A DNA stretch of 64,000 nt from assembly GCF_024305245.1 (NCBI RefSeq), contig NZ_JAMWYX010000004.1, positions 192,616 through 256,615 on the forward strand, in the 5' to 3' direction. The stretch is from Erythrobacter sp. (GTDB lineage Bacteria; Pseudomonadota; Alphaproteobacteria; Sphingomonadales; Sphingomonadaceae). This document shows, piece after piece, positions 21,112 through 31,152 of the stretch (the stretch's first letter is position 1; every line of letters starts with the position of its first letter). The notes under the pieces are model-generated. The model was given only the letters and a program-made list of their open reading frames with translations, made no database searches and was not told the DNA's origin. The translations under genes and the position numbers were made by a program.

Positions 21112-22251
21112 ATGTCACAGCAGCCGCACCGCACCGATGAATTGCAGCACGCCAGCTTTCTGATCATCCTTGCCGTCGTCACGCTGATGATGGCGGTGAT
21201 CGTGTGGCCTTTCTCGTCGGCGCTGTTGTGGGCGGCGCTGGCGGCAATCATGTTCCAGCCGCTGTACCGCTGGATGCTGAAAGGCACGCGCGGACGGCGC
21301 AATCAGGCGGCTATCGCAACGCTGCTGGTGATCTTCTTTGCGGTGCTGGTGCCCGCCGGATGGCTGGCGGCGATGGTGGTGCAGGAAGCGCTGGAACTGG
21401 TTGCGGCGCTGCAGGCCCAGCCGATCGATCTCGCGGCAACCTTCGACAGTGTCTATGACGCTCTCCCCAGAATTGCGCAGGAATCGATCGACCGCGCAGG
21501 GTGGGCCGATGTCTCATCGGCGCAGGCGCGGCTTCAGGAAGTGCTGGCCGAAAGCGCCGGGATGATCGCCAGTCAGGCCGTGTCGATCGGCAGCGGCGCG
21601 CTCGGCTTTCTCCTGTCGCTCGGCGTCGGGCTGTATGTGATGTTCTTCCTGCTGCGCGATGGCGAGCGCATCGGTCGCACGCTGCTGCGGACCGTCCCGG
21701 TGGAACGTTCGATTTCCGAACGGCTGGCCGAACGCTTCCTCGGCATCGTGCGCGCCACGATCAAGGGTTCGGGCGTGGTCGGGCTGGTCCAGGGCGTGCT
21801 GGCGGGGATCAGCTTTGTCATTGTCGGGCTGGAATCCGCGCTGCTGTTCGGCGTCATCACCACGATCTTCGCGCTGGTGCCGGTGATCGGTGCGGGCGCG
21901 GTTTATGCGCCGATCGGCCTATGGCTGCTGCTGACCGGCGCAGTCTGGCAAGGCGTATTCGTGCTGGCATTCGGCATTGTCGTCGTTTCATCGGCGGACA
22001 ATGTGCTGCGCCCGATTCTGGTCGGGCGCGACACCGGGATCCCGGACTGGATCATTCTGGTCACGACCTTGGGCGGGATCAGTTTCCTCGGCTTTTCGGG
22101 CATCGTGCTCGGGCCGCTGGTGGCCGGTCTGTTCCTTGCCAGCTGGTCGATCCTGCAGGAATACCGCGAGGAGGACGAACGCGCGGGCGAACACGATGAG
22201 ATCCGGGTCGATGCCTCTGGCCGGACGCCCGAAGCGGAAGGTGCGGCTTAG
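21112..22251 (+). CDS. AI-2E family (PerM/TqsA) transporter
   Basis: Multi-TM protein. FFLLRDG, DNVLRPILVG, GIVLGP. Confidence 0.9.
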   Translation: MSQQPHRTDELQHASFLIILAVVTLMMAVIVWPFSSALLWAALAAIMFQPLYRWMLKGTRGRRNQAAIATLLVIFFAVLVPAGWLAAMVVQEALELVAALQAQPIDLAATFDSVYDALPRIAQESIDRAGWADVSSAQARLQEVLAESAGMIASQAVSIGSGALGFLLSLGVGLYVMFFLLRDGERIGRTLLRTVPVERSISERLAERFLGIVRATIKGSGVVGLVQGVLAGISFVIVGLESALLFGVITTIFALVPVIGAGAVYAPIGLWLLLTGAVWQGVFVLAFGIVVVSSADNVLRPILVGRDTGIPDWIILVTTLGGISFLGFSGIVLGPLVAGLFLASWSILQEYREEDERAGEHDEIRVDASGRTPEAEGAA

Positions 22252-22254
22252 ACC

Positions 22255-23019
22255 ATGCGTTCACTGACCCGGCCCGGCAGTCAGGCCGAACAGGCCGGCC
22301 GGCTGGTGCTGGCCGGGCTGGTGGTGGTGATGCTGCCCGCGCTGCCTTTCGGCAATTATCTGATCTATCCGTTCATGATCCTGACCACCTGGTTCCACGA
22401 GATGGGCCACGGCCTCACCGCGCTGCTGATGGGGCAGGAATTCCGGCAGCTGATGATCTTCGCCAGCGGGTCGGGTGTCGCCGAAAGCCGCCTCGCCGCT
22501 GATGCTTCGGTCTTCACCTTCGCCGCGATTGCCGCCGGGGGGCCGCTGGCGCCGTGCATGGCGGGCGCGCTGCTGATCCTCGCCAGCGCGCATCCACGGC
22601 TGTGGCGGCCGGTGCTGTGGCTGGTGGCGGGCGCGATCGTGCTCAGCACCGTCATCTGGGTGCGATCGCCGGTCGGCTATACGATGTTGCCGCTGGTTGC
22701 CGCGCTGCTGGGGCTGGCGGCATGGCGCGCGTCGCCGGGGCTGGCGCGCTTCACGCTCCAGTTTCTCGGCGTGCTGGCGGCGATGAGCATGCTGCGAGAT
22801 TTCCGCTATCTGTTCACCGAACAGGCCGTGATCGAGGGGCAGTTCGTCCTGTCCGACACCGGCCAGATCGCCGCGGTGCTTGGTATGCCGCACTGGTTCT
22901 GGGCGGGCGTTATCCTGCTGGTTTCGGCGGTGATGGTGGGGGCTGCGCTCAAATACGCGCTGGCGGAACATCGCCTGCGCCCACCGCCGCGCAATGTGTT
23001 GCAATTCCGGCGCGACTGA
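22255..23019 (+). CDS. M50B-type membrane metallopeptidase
   Basis: WFHEMGH (HExxH), IAAGG, multiple TM segments, SDT motif. Confidence 0.85.
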   Translation: MRSLTRPGSQAEQAGRLVLAGLVVVMLPALPFGNYLIYPFMILTTWFHEMGHGLTALLMGQEFRQLMIFASGSGVAESRLAADASVFTFAAIAAGGPLAPCMAGALLILASAHPRLWRPVLWLVAGAIVLSTVIWVRSPVGYTMLPLVAALLGLAAWRASPGLARFTLQFLGVLAAMSMLRDFRYLFTEQAVIEGQFVLSDTGQIAAVLGMPHWFWAGVILLVSAVMVGAALKYALAEHRLRPPPRNVLQFRRD

Positions 23020-23025
23020 CGCCCC

Positions 23026-23667
23026 TCAGGACGACGCGATCTTGAGCTTGTTCACCCCCGAGGCATCCGCCCCGGCCTCGCCCGACAGGCCTATGAACAT
23101 CGTGTCGACAATCCGCGCCAGCTTCTGCTCGCTCAGCTTGTCACCGAGATAGATCAGCGCATCGGGCAGCGTGTAGTTGGAGATCATCTGGTTGATCAGC
23201 GACAGCGCCTCGTCGATCTCCAGCCCGGCGAAGAACCCCTCGGCCTGCGCCTCCGCAATCAATTCACACAGGTAGTGGTCGGCCAGATCGACATAGCTGC
23301 GCACCCGTTCGAAATTGGCGGCACCCATTTCGCACAGGATGGTGAAATATTCGGGATCGGCGCGAAACCGTTCCTGCGAGATGACGAAGCGGCGGCGAAA
23401 GAATTCGTACATCTTGCGCTGCGGAGGCAGGCCTGTCGCCAGCACCTCCTCCATCACCGCCATGTGCGGGGCGAGCCACGTCTGCGCGACGGCATCGAAC
23501 AGGTCGTCGTAATCGGCGAACAGCGCCTCGAACCGCGCGCGGGTCAGCCCGCTTTCGGCCATTGCGACAGTCCATGGGATTTCCGAGCCGCGATCCTTGA
23601 CGAGGTCGAGCACATGGCGCGCGATGCGTCCACGCTCGGCCTCCCGCGCCGTTTCGGTCATTGGCAT
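23026..23667 (-). CDS. TetR/AcrR-like regulator with divergent HTH
   Basis: N-terminal AESGLTRARFEALFADYDDLFDAV and all-helical C-terminus. RBS GGAGG. Confidence 0.7.
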   Translation of the reverse strand: MPMTETAREAERGRIARHVLDLVKDRGSEIPWTVAMAESGLTRARFEALFADYDDLFDAVAQTWLAPHMAVMEEVLATGLPPQRKMYEFFRRRFVISQERFRADPEYFTILCEMGAANFERVRSYVDLADHYLCELIAEAQAEGFFAGLEIDEALSLINQMISNYTLPDALIYLGDKLSEQKLARIVDTMFIGLSGEAGADASGVNKLKIASS

Positions 23668-23792
23668 AGCGTGCGCGCCTCCTCGCTTGCGAGGCAACAT
23701 AGGCCAAGCGGGCGCAGGCTTAAAGTGCAGCTCGTCGATTTTTGTGCGACGCAGCAAGGGGAAAGGCATGATTTGCAGTGCCTCGGGCCGGA

Positions 23793-24590
23793 TCAGCTGC
23801 GCGGCGGCCTCGGGAAAAAGGCCGATGTCCGCCGTTTGTAGTCGGCGTATTTGTCGCCCTTGGACTTGTCCAACCCCTTCTCCAGCAGCGCCGCGCCCGA
23901 CCATTTGGTGAGCGTGAAGCTGAGGAACAGCGGGCCGATCACGGTCGCCGCGGCATATTCCCACCCTGTCGCCGCGCAAGCCAGCCAGATACCCCACCAT
24001 GCGGCGAAATCGCCGAAATAATTGGGGTGGCGGGTGTAGCGCCACAATCCTGTGTCCAGTACCTTGCCTTCGTTCGCGGGATCGGCCTTGAACCGCGCCA
24101 ATTGCCAATCACCCACCCATTCGAAGAACACGCCGATGCACCACAGGCCGAAACCTGCCCATGCCAGCGGCAGAATTGGGGCAGGGTGGCCGCTCGCCAG
24201 AATGCCGACCTGCGCAGGGCTGCTGACTATGAACAGCAACACCGCCTGCAGCAGCCACACCTTGGTCAGCGCGGCGCTGGCGAAGCGACCCTCGGCGCGG
24301 GCCTTTTTCATGATCAGGATATACCGCTTGTCTTCCCCTTCGCGCCGCCAGCGGCGGAAAAGGTGGATGCCCAGCCGGAAGCCCCAGGCGGTGGTCATGA
24401 CCATGATCAGCGTCGCCAGATCGCCCGGCCCGCCATAGACGTGGAGCCAGCTCGCCACCGCGAGGATGCCCATCCCTGCGCCCCAGAACGCATCGATGAA
24501 GCTGACGTCGCCGATTTTCACGCTGATCGCCCAAAGGATCAGCACCAGCGCCAGCAGGATCGCAGCGTTCAGCGCGAGCAGTTCAAACAT
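23793..24590 (-). CDS. DUF1295 (steroid-reductase-like) membrane protein
   Basis: SFIDAFWG, EDKRY, GLWRYTRHPNYFG, YKRRTSAFFP. Confidence 0.9.
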   Translation of the reverse strand: MFELLALNAAILLALVLILWAISVKIGDVSFIDAFWGAGMGILAVASWLHVYGGPGDLATLIMVMTTAWGFRLGIHLFRRWRREGEDKRYILIMKKARAEGRFASAALTKVWLLQAVLLFIVSSPAQVGILASGHPAPILPLAWAGFGLWCIGVFFEWVGDWQLARFKADPANEGKVLDTGLWRYTRHPNYFGDFAAWWGIWLACAATGWEYAAATVIGPLFLSFTLTKWSGAALLEKGLDKSKGDKYADYKRRTSAFFPRPPRS

Positions 24591-25227
24591 CGTTCTTTCC
24601 GGCGATGATGTCGCGCGCCTGTTGTTCCAGCACCTTGAAGCGTTCGTAATCGGGCAGTTTCGAGCGGAACCATTCGGCGATTTTCAGCAGGTCCTCGCCG
24701 TAATTGCCGGTCGGGATCATCGGCGGACCGAAACTGACGATCCGCCGCGCATTGTCGGCAAAGGCGGGGACGATCGGCACGTTCGCCGCGCGGGCGATGT
24801 GGTAGAAGCCCGAGCGCCACTTGCCGTCGGACTTGCGCGTGCCTTCGCAGGCGATCACCAGCGCCAGTTCATCGCGTGCGGCGAATTCGGCGGCGACCTG
24901 CTCGGTGGCGTTGGCCTTGGCCGTGCGGTCGATCGGGATGCCGCCCATGTCGAGCATGAAGTTCTTCATCACGCCCTTGAACAGCGTGTGCTTGCCCATG
25001 AAGTTGGGTTTCACGCCCTCTTCATGCGTCGCGCCGGTGAAGAACACGAAATCCCAGTTCGAGGTATGCGGCGCGCCTGCCAGCACGTATTTTTTGAGAT
25101 GCCGGGGCAGCGGAGAGTCGATCTTCCAGCCCCTCGCATACCAGATGGCGAGGATGATCCGCCGCACGATGCGCGAAAGCAGCGTGGGCGTGCGCGGCGG
25201 CGCGGCGACGAATTTTTCCTGAAGCAA
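24583..25227 (-). CDS. 1-acyl-sn-glycerol-3-phosphate acyltransferase family protein
   Basis: PHTSNWD (HX4D), GGIPIDR, EGTR, SGFYHIA. TTG start after GGGAGG. Confidence 0.9.
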   Translation of the reverse strand: MLQEKFVAAPPRTPTLLSRIVRRIILAIWYARGWKIDSPLPRHLKKYVLAGAPHTSNWDFVFFTGATHEEGVKPNFMGKHTLFKGVMKNFMLDMGGIPIDRTAKANATEQVAAEFAARDELALVIACEGTRKSDGKWRSGFYHIARAANVPIVPAFADNARRIVSFGPPMIPTGNYGEDLLKIAEWFRSKLPDYERFKVLEQQARDIIAGKNDV

Positions 25228-25342
25228 AAGGCGCGCCCCTCCCAAAGGCCATGACCTTGTGGCCTATCTTGGGTTATTTACGCAAGTGGGGGCGTGGGGG
25301 TTTCAGATTTCACCCCGCGGATGGTGCGGTACTGATCCATAT

Positions 25343-26065
25343 TCACAGCATCAGCGGCAGTGCATTGCCAAAATTGTGCGCCGCGATTGGCAGCAGCAAG
25401 CTACCGGTGCGCTCGCGCAGCCACACCGCCAGCAACGATGGGATCGCGGTGAGGGCGAGGTAAACCGGATCGATCGCGAAGCCTTCGCCCGCCGAATAGG
25501 AGAACGCGTGGGCGAGCCCGAACACCAGCGACGACAATAGCGCCCCCCATCCCCAGTTGATGCCCAGCAATCTGATCCGTCCGCGGAACGCCTCGTTCAG
25601 GGCCAGCAAAAGGATGCCGCGGTAGAATATCTCCTCCTCAAGGCCGGGCATCGTCAGCTGGAACGCCACGGTTTCAGCGGTTGCATCGCCGGCATCGAAA
25701 GCCAGCGCGATGACGAGGAAGAACAGGATATATGCCGCGAACACGAAAGCTGCCGAGCGAAGCGAGCCGGGATGTTGCCGCAAGGTCAGCCCGGAGCGGC
25801 GCCATCCGAACAATCCCAGCGCCGCGACGCCAAGCGACAGGACCAGTGCCATCAGCTTGCCCTGCCAGTTCCAGTCGCTGTCCGGCAGGAGATCGGGGAT
25901 CAAGCCGTAAACGCGGGTGAGCATCGCATCATTGGCGAATACCAGCGCGGTTGCCACTACGAGCCAGCCGGGGGAGAAGTTCTTGCGGTCTGCCAACCCC
26001 AGCCCGGTTCCGACAAGGATGAGTATCCCGCAGATGGAGACAATCGCCGTGATCTGATCGCTCAT
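25343..26065 (-). CDS. CPBP/Abi (CAAX protease-like) intramembrane protein
   Basis: EEIFYRG, FGLAH, AHNFGN. Confidence 0.88.
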   Translation of the reverse strand: MSDQITAIVSICGILILVGTGLGLADRKNFSPGWLVVATALVFANDAMLTRVYGLIPDLLPDSDWNWQGKLMALVLSLGVAALGLFGWRRSGLTLRQHPGSLRSAAFVFAAYILFFLVIALAFDAGDATAETVAFQLTMPGLEEEIFYRGILLLALNEAFRGRIRLLGINWGWGALLSSLVFGLAHAFSYSAGEGFAIDPVYLALTAIPSLLAVWLRERTGSLLLPIAAHNFGNALPLML

Positions 26066-26093
26066 TCTCGCGCTCCCCTGCCTGTGCCTTGCG

Positions 26094-27701
26094 CTACATC
26101 CTGAACACGCCAAAGCGCGGCGCTTCCGCAATCGGCGCTTCCAGACACGCCGCCAGCGCCAACCCCAGCACATCGCGGGTCTGCACCGGGTCGACCACCC
26201 CGTCGTCCCAGAGGCGGGCGGTGGCGTAGTAGGGGTTGCCCTCGTCCTCGTATTTCTGGCGGATCGGCGCCTTGAACGCCTCGGCCTCGCGCTCGTCCCA
26301 CTTGTCGGCGTCGCGGTGGACGGTGGCGAGCACGCTCGCGGCCTGCTCTCCGCCCATCACCGAAATGCGCGCGTTGGGCCAGGTGAACATGAAGCGGGGC
26401 GAATAGGCCCGCCCGCACATCCCGTAATTGCCTGCGCCGAAGCTGCCGCCGATGACGACAGTCACCTTCGGCACGGTCGCGGTGGCGACGGCGGTGACCA
26501 GCTTCGCGCCGTGTTTGGCGATCCCTTCCGCCTCGTATTTCCCGCCGACCATGAAGCCGCTGATATTCTGGAGGAACAGCAGCGGGATGCGGCGCTGGCA
26601 GGCGAGTTCGATGAAATGCGCGCCTTTCTGCGCGCTTTCGCTGAACAGCACGCCGTTGTTGGCAAGAATAGCCACTGGCATCCCCCAGATATGGGCAAAG
26701 CCGCAGACCAGCGTGCTGCCGTAATGCGCCTTGAATTCGTGGAATTCGCTGCCGTCGACCAGCCGCGCGATCACTTCCTTCACGTCATAGGGCGCGCGCA
26801 CGTCATCGGGGATGATGGCGTAGAGATCGTCCGCGTCGAACTTGGGCGGGCGCGGGTCTTTGAGCGCCACGTCCGCCGCCGCGCCAGTATTCGCACCCAA
26901 GTGGCTGACGATATCGCGCACGATGGTGAGCGCGTGTTCGTCATTCTCGGCCAGGTGATCGACCACGCCCGATTTCTTCGCGTGCAGGTCCCCGCCGCCC
27001 AAGTCCTCCGCGGTGATTTCCTCGCCGGTGGCTGCCTTCACTAACGGGGGCCCCGCCAGAAAGATCGTGCCCTGATTGCGCACGATCACGCTCTCGTCCG
27101 ACATCGCGGGGACATAAGCGCCGCCCGCGGTGCAGGAGCCCATCACGCACGCGATCTGCGGGATGCCCAGCGCGCTCATGTTGGCCTGATTGAAGAAGAT
27201 CCGCCCGAAGTGGTCGCGGTCGGGGAAGACCTCGGCCTGATGCGGCAGGTTCGCGCCGCCGGAATCGACGAGGTAGATGCACGGCAGGCGGTTCTCCTGC
27301 GCGATCTCCTGCGCGCGCAGGTGCTTCTTGACCGTCATCGGGTAATAGGTGCCGCCCTTCACGGTCGCATCATTGCACACGATCATGCATTGGCGACCGG
27401 ACACGCGCCCCACGCCGCAGATCAGCGAGGCCGCGTTGACGTCACCTTCGTACATCCCGTTCGCGGCCAGTTGCCCGATTTCGAGGAAGGGCGAACCCGG
27501 GTCGAGCAACCGCTCGACCCGCTCACGCGGCAGCAGCTTGCCGCGCGACACGTGCCGTTCGCGGCTGCGCTCCGATCCGCCGAGAGCGGCCTGCGCCACG
27601 GCAGCGCGCAGTTCCTGTGCCAGCGCGTGGTTATGCGCAAACCGCGCCTTGGCCTCGGGGCTTTCGCGGTCGAGCTTCGATGTCAGGACAGGTGCGGTCA
27701 T
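26094..27701 (-). CDS. mccB: 3-methylcrotonyl-CoA carboxylase beta (carboxyltransferase) subunit
   Basis: [50 protein letters not shown]. Confidence 0.93.
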   Translation of the reverse strand: MTAPVLTSKLDRESPEAKARFAHNHALAQELRAAVAQAALGGSERSRERHVSRGKLLPRERVERLLDPGSPFLEIGQLAANGMYEGDVNAASLICGVGRVSGRQCMIVCNDATVKGGTYYPMTVKKHLRAQEIAQENRLPCIYLVDSGGANLPHQAEVFPDRDHFGRIFFNQANMSALGIPQIACVMGSCTAGGAYVPAMSDESVIVRNQGTIFLAGPPLVKAATGEEITAEDLGGGDLHAKKSGVVDHLAENDEHALTIVRDIVSHLGANTGAAADVALKDPRPPKFDADDLYAIIPDDVRAPYDVKEVIARLVDGSEFHEFKAHYGSTLVCGFAHIWGMPVAILANNGVLFSESAQKGAHFIELACQRRIPLLFLQNISGFMVGGKYEAEGIAKHGAKLVTAVATATVPKVTVVIGGSFGAGNYGMCGRAYSPRFMFTWPNARISVMGGEQAASVLATVHRDADKWDEREAEAFKAPIRQKYEDEGNPYYATARLWDDGVVDPVQTRDVLGLALAACLEAPIAEAPRFGVFRM

Positions 27702-27982
27702 GTTGCCTTTGCTTTGCCTTTCGTCTCGGGGTCATGCCCCGACAGGAGGTAGCGATAGACCCCGACGAGGTTGATCGCCAAGAGCCCGATGTTCTGCCAG
27801 CCGATTCCTTCCCCCTCGTCGTTCATGAACCCCCAGGCGATCAGCGCGATCGAGGAAGTGACGAAGATCACGAAACCCCAGCCGGTTGGGCGTGGCCCGA
27901 GATTGAGCGACACGATCAGCGCCGCGACGAGGCCAGCGCCCGCGCCGTAATACTGGAGGGCGTTCAGGAGGTTTTCGTTCAT
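27698..27982 (-). CDS. Small 3-TM membrane protein
   Basis: [29 protein letters not shown]...GWGFVIF...NLVGVYRY. The stop overlaps the mccB ATG. Confidence 0.75.
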   Translation of the reverse strand: MNENLLNALQYYGAGAGLVAALIVSLNLGPRPTGWGFVIFVTSSIALIAWGFMNDEGEGIGWQNIGLLAINLVGVYRYLLSGHDPETKGKAKAT

Positions 27983-28053
27983 GTCCGGTCCTTGGCTGTG
28001 AAGCTGCTCCGGTAGAGGGTCGGATGCGCCTGCGCCCACCAACCATGTGAGGA

Positions 28054-28359
28054 TCACCGCTTGCGCACGAACTCGGCCCGCAGCACCAGCCCCTTGATGC
28101 CGGGATATTTGCAGTCGATTTCCTGCGCATCGCCGGTCAGGCGAATCGATTTGATCAGCGTGCCCTGCTTCAGCGTTTGCCCTGCGCCCTTGACTTCGAG
28201 ATCCTTGATGAGCGTCACCGCATCGCCATCGGCGAGGATGTTGCCGACCGCGTCGCGCACCTCGACCGCATCCTCCGCCGCCTGCTTGGCCGCAAGCTCG
28301 GACGCAGCCATCCACTCGCCGCTCGCCTCGTCATAGACGTAGTCTTCGTCGGTGCTCAT
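28054..28359 (-). CDS. PhnA/YjdM-like C-terminal-domain protein without the zinc ribbon
   Basis: VRDAVGNILADGDAVTLIKDLEVKG...KSIRL...IDCK...EFVRK. Confidence 0.88.
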   Translation of the reverse strand: MSTDEDYVYDEASGEWMAASELAAKQAAEDAVEVRDAVGNILADGDAVTLIKDLEVKGAGQTLKQGTLIKSIRLTGDAQEIDCKYPGIKGLVLRAEFVRKR

Positions 28360-28411
28360 TTGGGGGCTCCTGCGTTGCGAAGTAGCGATGGGGGCGGTGA
28401 TGGCGGTCGGC

Positions 28412-29092
28412 CTACCGTGGTGCAGTATCAATACGAAGTTCAAAGACTTTGTCGTTTTCCCGTTCGGCAGGCGGCGTACTCAGCCATGCTACAAGTTCAC
28501 GAAGACTTTCGCTTTGTATGCCTCCGGAGGGGTATTTCTCGGTATCAGATATGAACAGGAAAATGTCGGGTGAGGACACGAAGAACGTGTTGTAGATGCC
28601 GCTGCCTCGCATGAAACGCATGCGAGGGTTATCCATGCTGGCATTCTCAGCAACAATGATGGCCTGAATGGTCTCGGACTTCAGCCCCTTTGGCGGGAGA
28701 CGCCCATCCAGTCTGATCGCCAGATGCGGAAGATCATTGAAGCCTATTGCCTCAGCGGATCTCGCCACGTGGACAGTGCCGGGGCATTCATTTTTCAAGA
28801 TTACCGGTTCATAATCGCCTCGTAAGTGAGCCTTCTCTTCGTCTGGGCTCTCGGACAAAGCAGTGGGTATCCAATCGGTAGGCACGAACAGGCGTGTCTC
28901 ACGGAACCGTGCGATGCGAACATCGTGGACCACGCCTCGAGCATCCGTGACCAAATGCTTCTCTGCGTCTTTGCAGGTCAACGCTTGCCTCACTTTCGGC
29001 TCATCTTCGGCAGGCTGCTCTCCAGTGCAGGCAAGTAAGGTCAAGCAAAGCACGGATGTCCGAAGACCGCGCCTTAGACTTATGAACCTCAC
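28412..29092 (-). CDS. Orphan low-GC putative lipoprotein
   Basis: GTG start overlaps the ivd TGA. Basic N-terminus and lipobox-like LLAC. Visibly AT-richer than the flanks. No recognised domain. Confidence 0.65.
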   Translation of the reverse strand: MRFISLRRGLRTSVLCLTLLACTGEQPAEDEPKVRQALTCKDAEKHLVTDARGVVHDVRIARFRETRLFVPTDWIPTALSESPDEEKAHLRGDYEPVILKNECPGTVHVARSAEAIGFNDLPHLAIRLDGRLPPKGLKSETIQAIIVAENASMDNPRMRFMRGSGIYNTFFVSSPDIFLFISDTEKYPSGGIQSESLRELVAWLSTPPAERENDKVFELRIDTAPR

Positions 29093-30255
29093 CCCGCCGC
29101 CCCGATCAATTCGCGCCCGATCAGCATCCGGCGGATCTCGTTCGTGCCCGCGCCGATATCGAGCAGCTTGGCGTCGCGCATATACCGCTCCACCGGCCAA
29201 TCGAGCGTGTAGCCCGCGCCGCCCAGCGCCTGCACGCTTTCCGCCGCGACCTTGAAGGCGTTCTCCGACGCCAGCAGGATCACCCCTGCCGCATCGAACC
29301 GCGTCGTCTGCCCGGCGTCACACGCCTTGGCCACCGCGTAGGTATAGGCGCGGGCCGATTGCAGGGCGACATACATGTCGGCGACCTTGGCCTGCATCAG
29401 CTGGAAGCTCCCGATCGGCTTTCCGAACTGCTTGCGCTCGCGCAGGTAGGGGATCACCGTGTCGAGGCACGCCTGCATGATGCCGAGCTGCAATCCGGCC
29501 AGCACCACGCGCTCATAATCGAGCCCGCTCATCAGCACGCCGACACCGCCGTTCAGCGGCCCCATGATGCGGTCTTCGGGGATGAAGCAGTCGGTGAACA
29601 CCAGCTCGGCGGTGGGCGAGCCCTTCATGCCGACCTTCGAGATTTTCTGGCCGATGGCAAAACCCTCGTCGCCCTTCTCGATCAGGAAGGCGGTGATGCC
29701 GCGCGATCCGGCGTGCCCATCGGTCTTGGCATAGACCACCAGTGTGTCGGCTTCCGGCGCGTTGGTAATCCAGAACTTGGTGCCGTTGAGGACGTAGCCG
29801 CCCTGAACAGCCTCGGCCTTGAGCTTCATCGAGACCACGTCCGACCCCGCGCCCGCTTCGGACATGGCCAGCGACCCGACATGCTCGCCGGAGATCAGCT
29901 TGGGGAGGTATTTCGCCTTCTGCTCGTCATTCCCCCAACGGCGGATCTGGTTGAGGCACAGGTTCGAATGCGCGCCGTAGGACAGACCGACGCTGGCGCT
30001 GGCCCGCGAGACTTCCTCGACCGCGATCACGTGTTCGAGGTAGCCGAGGCCCAGCCCGCCCCATTCTTCCTCAACCGTGATGCCGTGCAGGCCCAGCGCG
30101 CCCATCGGCTCCCACAATTCGCGCGGGAAGCGGTCTTCGCGGTCGGTGCGTTCGGCCAAGGGCGCGATCTGCTCGTCTGCAAAACGTGCGGTGCTGTCGC
30201 GGATCATCGTGGCCGCTTCGCCAAGGTCGAAGTCGAAATCGGGGGTAGCGCGCAT
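29089..30255 (-). CDS. ivd: Isovaleryl-CoA dehydrogenase
   Basis: SYGAHSNLC, SLAMSEAGAGSDV, WITN, LMSGLDYER, RKQFG, IGAGTNEIRR. Confidence 0.95.
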   Translation of the reverse strand: MRATPDFDFDLGEAATMIRDSTARFADEQIAPLAERTDREDRFPRELWEPMGALGLHGITVEEEWGGLGLGYLEHVIAVEEVSRASASVGLSYGAHSNLCLNQIRRWGNDEQKAKYLPKLISGEHVGSLAMSEAGAGSDVVSMKLKAEAVQGGYVLNGTKFWITNAPEADTLVVYAKTDGHAGSRGITAFLIEKGDEGFAIGQKISKVGMKGSPTAELVFTDCFIPEDRIMGPLNGGVGVLMSGLDYERVVLAGLQLGIMQACLDTVIPYLRERKQFGKPIGSFQLMQAKVADMYVALQSARAYTYAVAKACDAGQTTRFDAAGVILLASENAFKVAAESVQALGGAGYTLDWPVERYMRDAKLLDIGAGTNEIRRMLIGRELIGAAG

Positions 30256-30369
30256 TTTATGTTCCTGCCGGAGTAATGATCGTTCTGCGGACGCGCATAG
30301 CAAGCGCTCACGCAAAGGCCAATCGCCTGCGCTGGCCCTCTGCGACTTTCGCCGTTAGGGAACAGCGGC

Positions 30370-31152
30370 ATGACGGCCACCGACCCCTTGCTCGTATTCG
30401 ACGCCGTGACCCGCGCTTACGGCGAAGTGCTGGCTGTTGCGGGCGTGAGCTGTGCGATTCAATCGGGCAGTTTCGTTGCGCTGGTGGGGGCCTCGGGCTC
30501 GGGCAAGTCGACGCTGCTCAAGATGGTCAACACGCTGGTCGAGCCGACCGGCGGGGCCGTGCTGTTCGGCGGCGAGGACGTATCCACACTGCCGCCCGCC
30601 CGCCTGCGCCGCCGGGTCGGCTACGTGTTTCAGGGCATCGGCCTGTTCCCGCACATGAGCGTGGCCGAGAACATCGCCATCGGCCCGCGCCTGACCGGCG
30701 AGAAACTGGGAGGCGAACGCATCACCGAACTGCTCGAACTGGTCGAGCTGGAAGCGGGAATGGCGAGCCGGATGCCTGATGAGCTTTCGGGCGGGCAACG
30801 CCAGCGCGTCGGCGTGGCGCGCGCGCTGGCGGGAGGGCCGGAACTGCTGCTGATGGACGAACCCTTCGGCGCGCTCGACCCGCTGACCCGCGATGCGCTG
30901 GGCACCAAGGTGCGCGAGTTGCATGAACGGCTCGGCCTCACCACGGTGATGGTGACGCATGACATGGCCGAGGCACTGCTGCTGGCCGACCGGGTGCTGG
31001 TGATGGATACTGGCAAACTGGTCGCTGACGCGACGCCGCGCGAATTGCTCGCGGGGGAAGGCGGTGACATCGCGCAAGGCCTCGTCGCCGTGCCGCGCCA
31101 GCAGGCCGAGCGTTTGGCGGCGTTGGAGAGTCTTGGGGAAACCCCGCGCTGA
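30370..31152 (+). CDS. Quaternary-amine (osmoprotectant) ABC transporter ATPase
   Basis: GASGSGKS, GYVFQGIGLFPH, LSGGQRQR, MDEPFGALD. No CBS domains. Confidence 0.92.
   Translation: MTATDPLLVFDAVTRAYGEVLAVAGVSCAIQSGSFVALVGASGSGKSTLLKMVNTLVEPTGGAVLFGGEDVSTLPPARLRRRVGYVFQGIGLFPHMSVAENIAIGPRLTGEKLGGERITELLELVELEAGMASRMPDELSGGQRQRVGVARALAGGPELLLMDEPFGALDPLTRDALGTKVRELHERLGLTTVMVTHDMAEALLLADRVLVMDTGKLVADATPRELLAGEGGDIAQGLVAVPRQQAERLAALESLGETPR

Noticed and set aside
28054-28359. PhnA-like gene as evidence of a phosphonate-utilisation operon
   Set aside because: No phnC-P, phnW/X or phosphonoacetate hydrolase genes are present. This small domain is widespread and has no established role in phosphonate catabolism.
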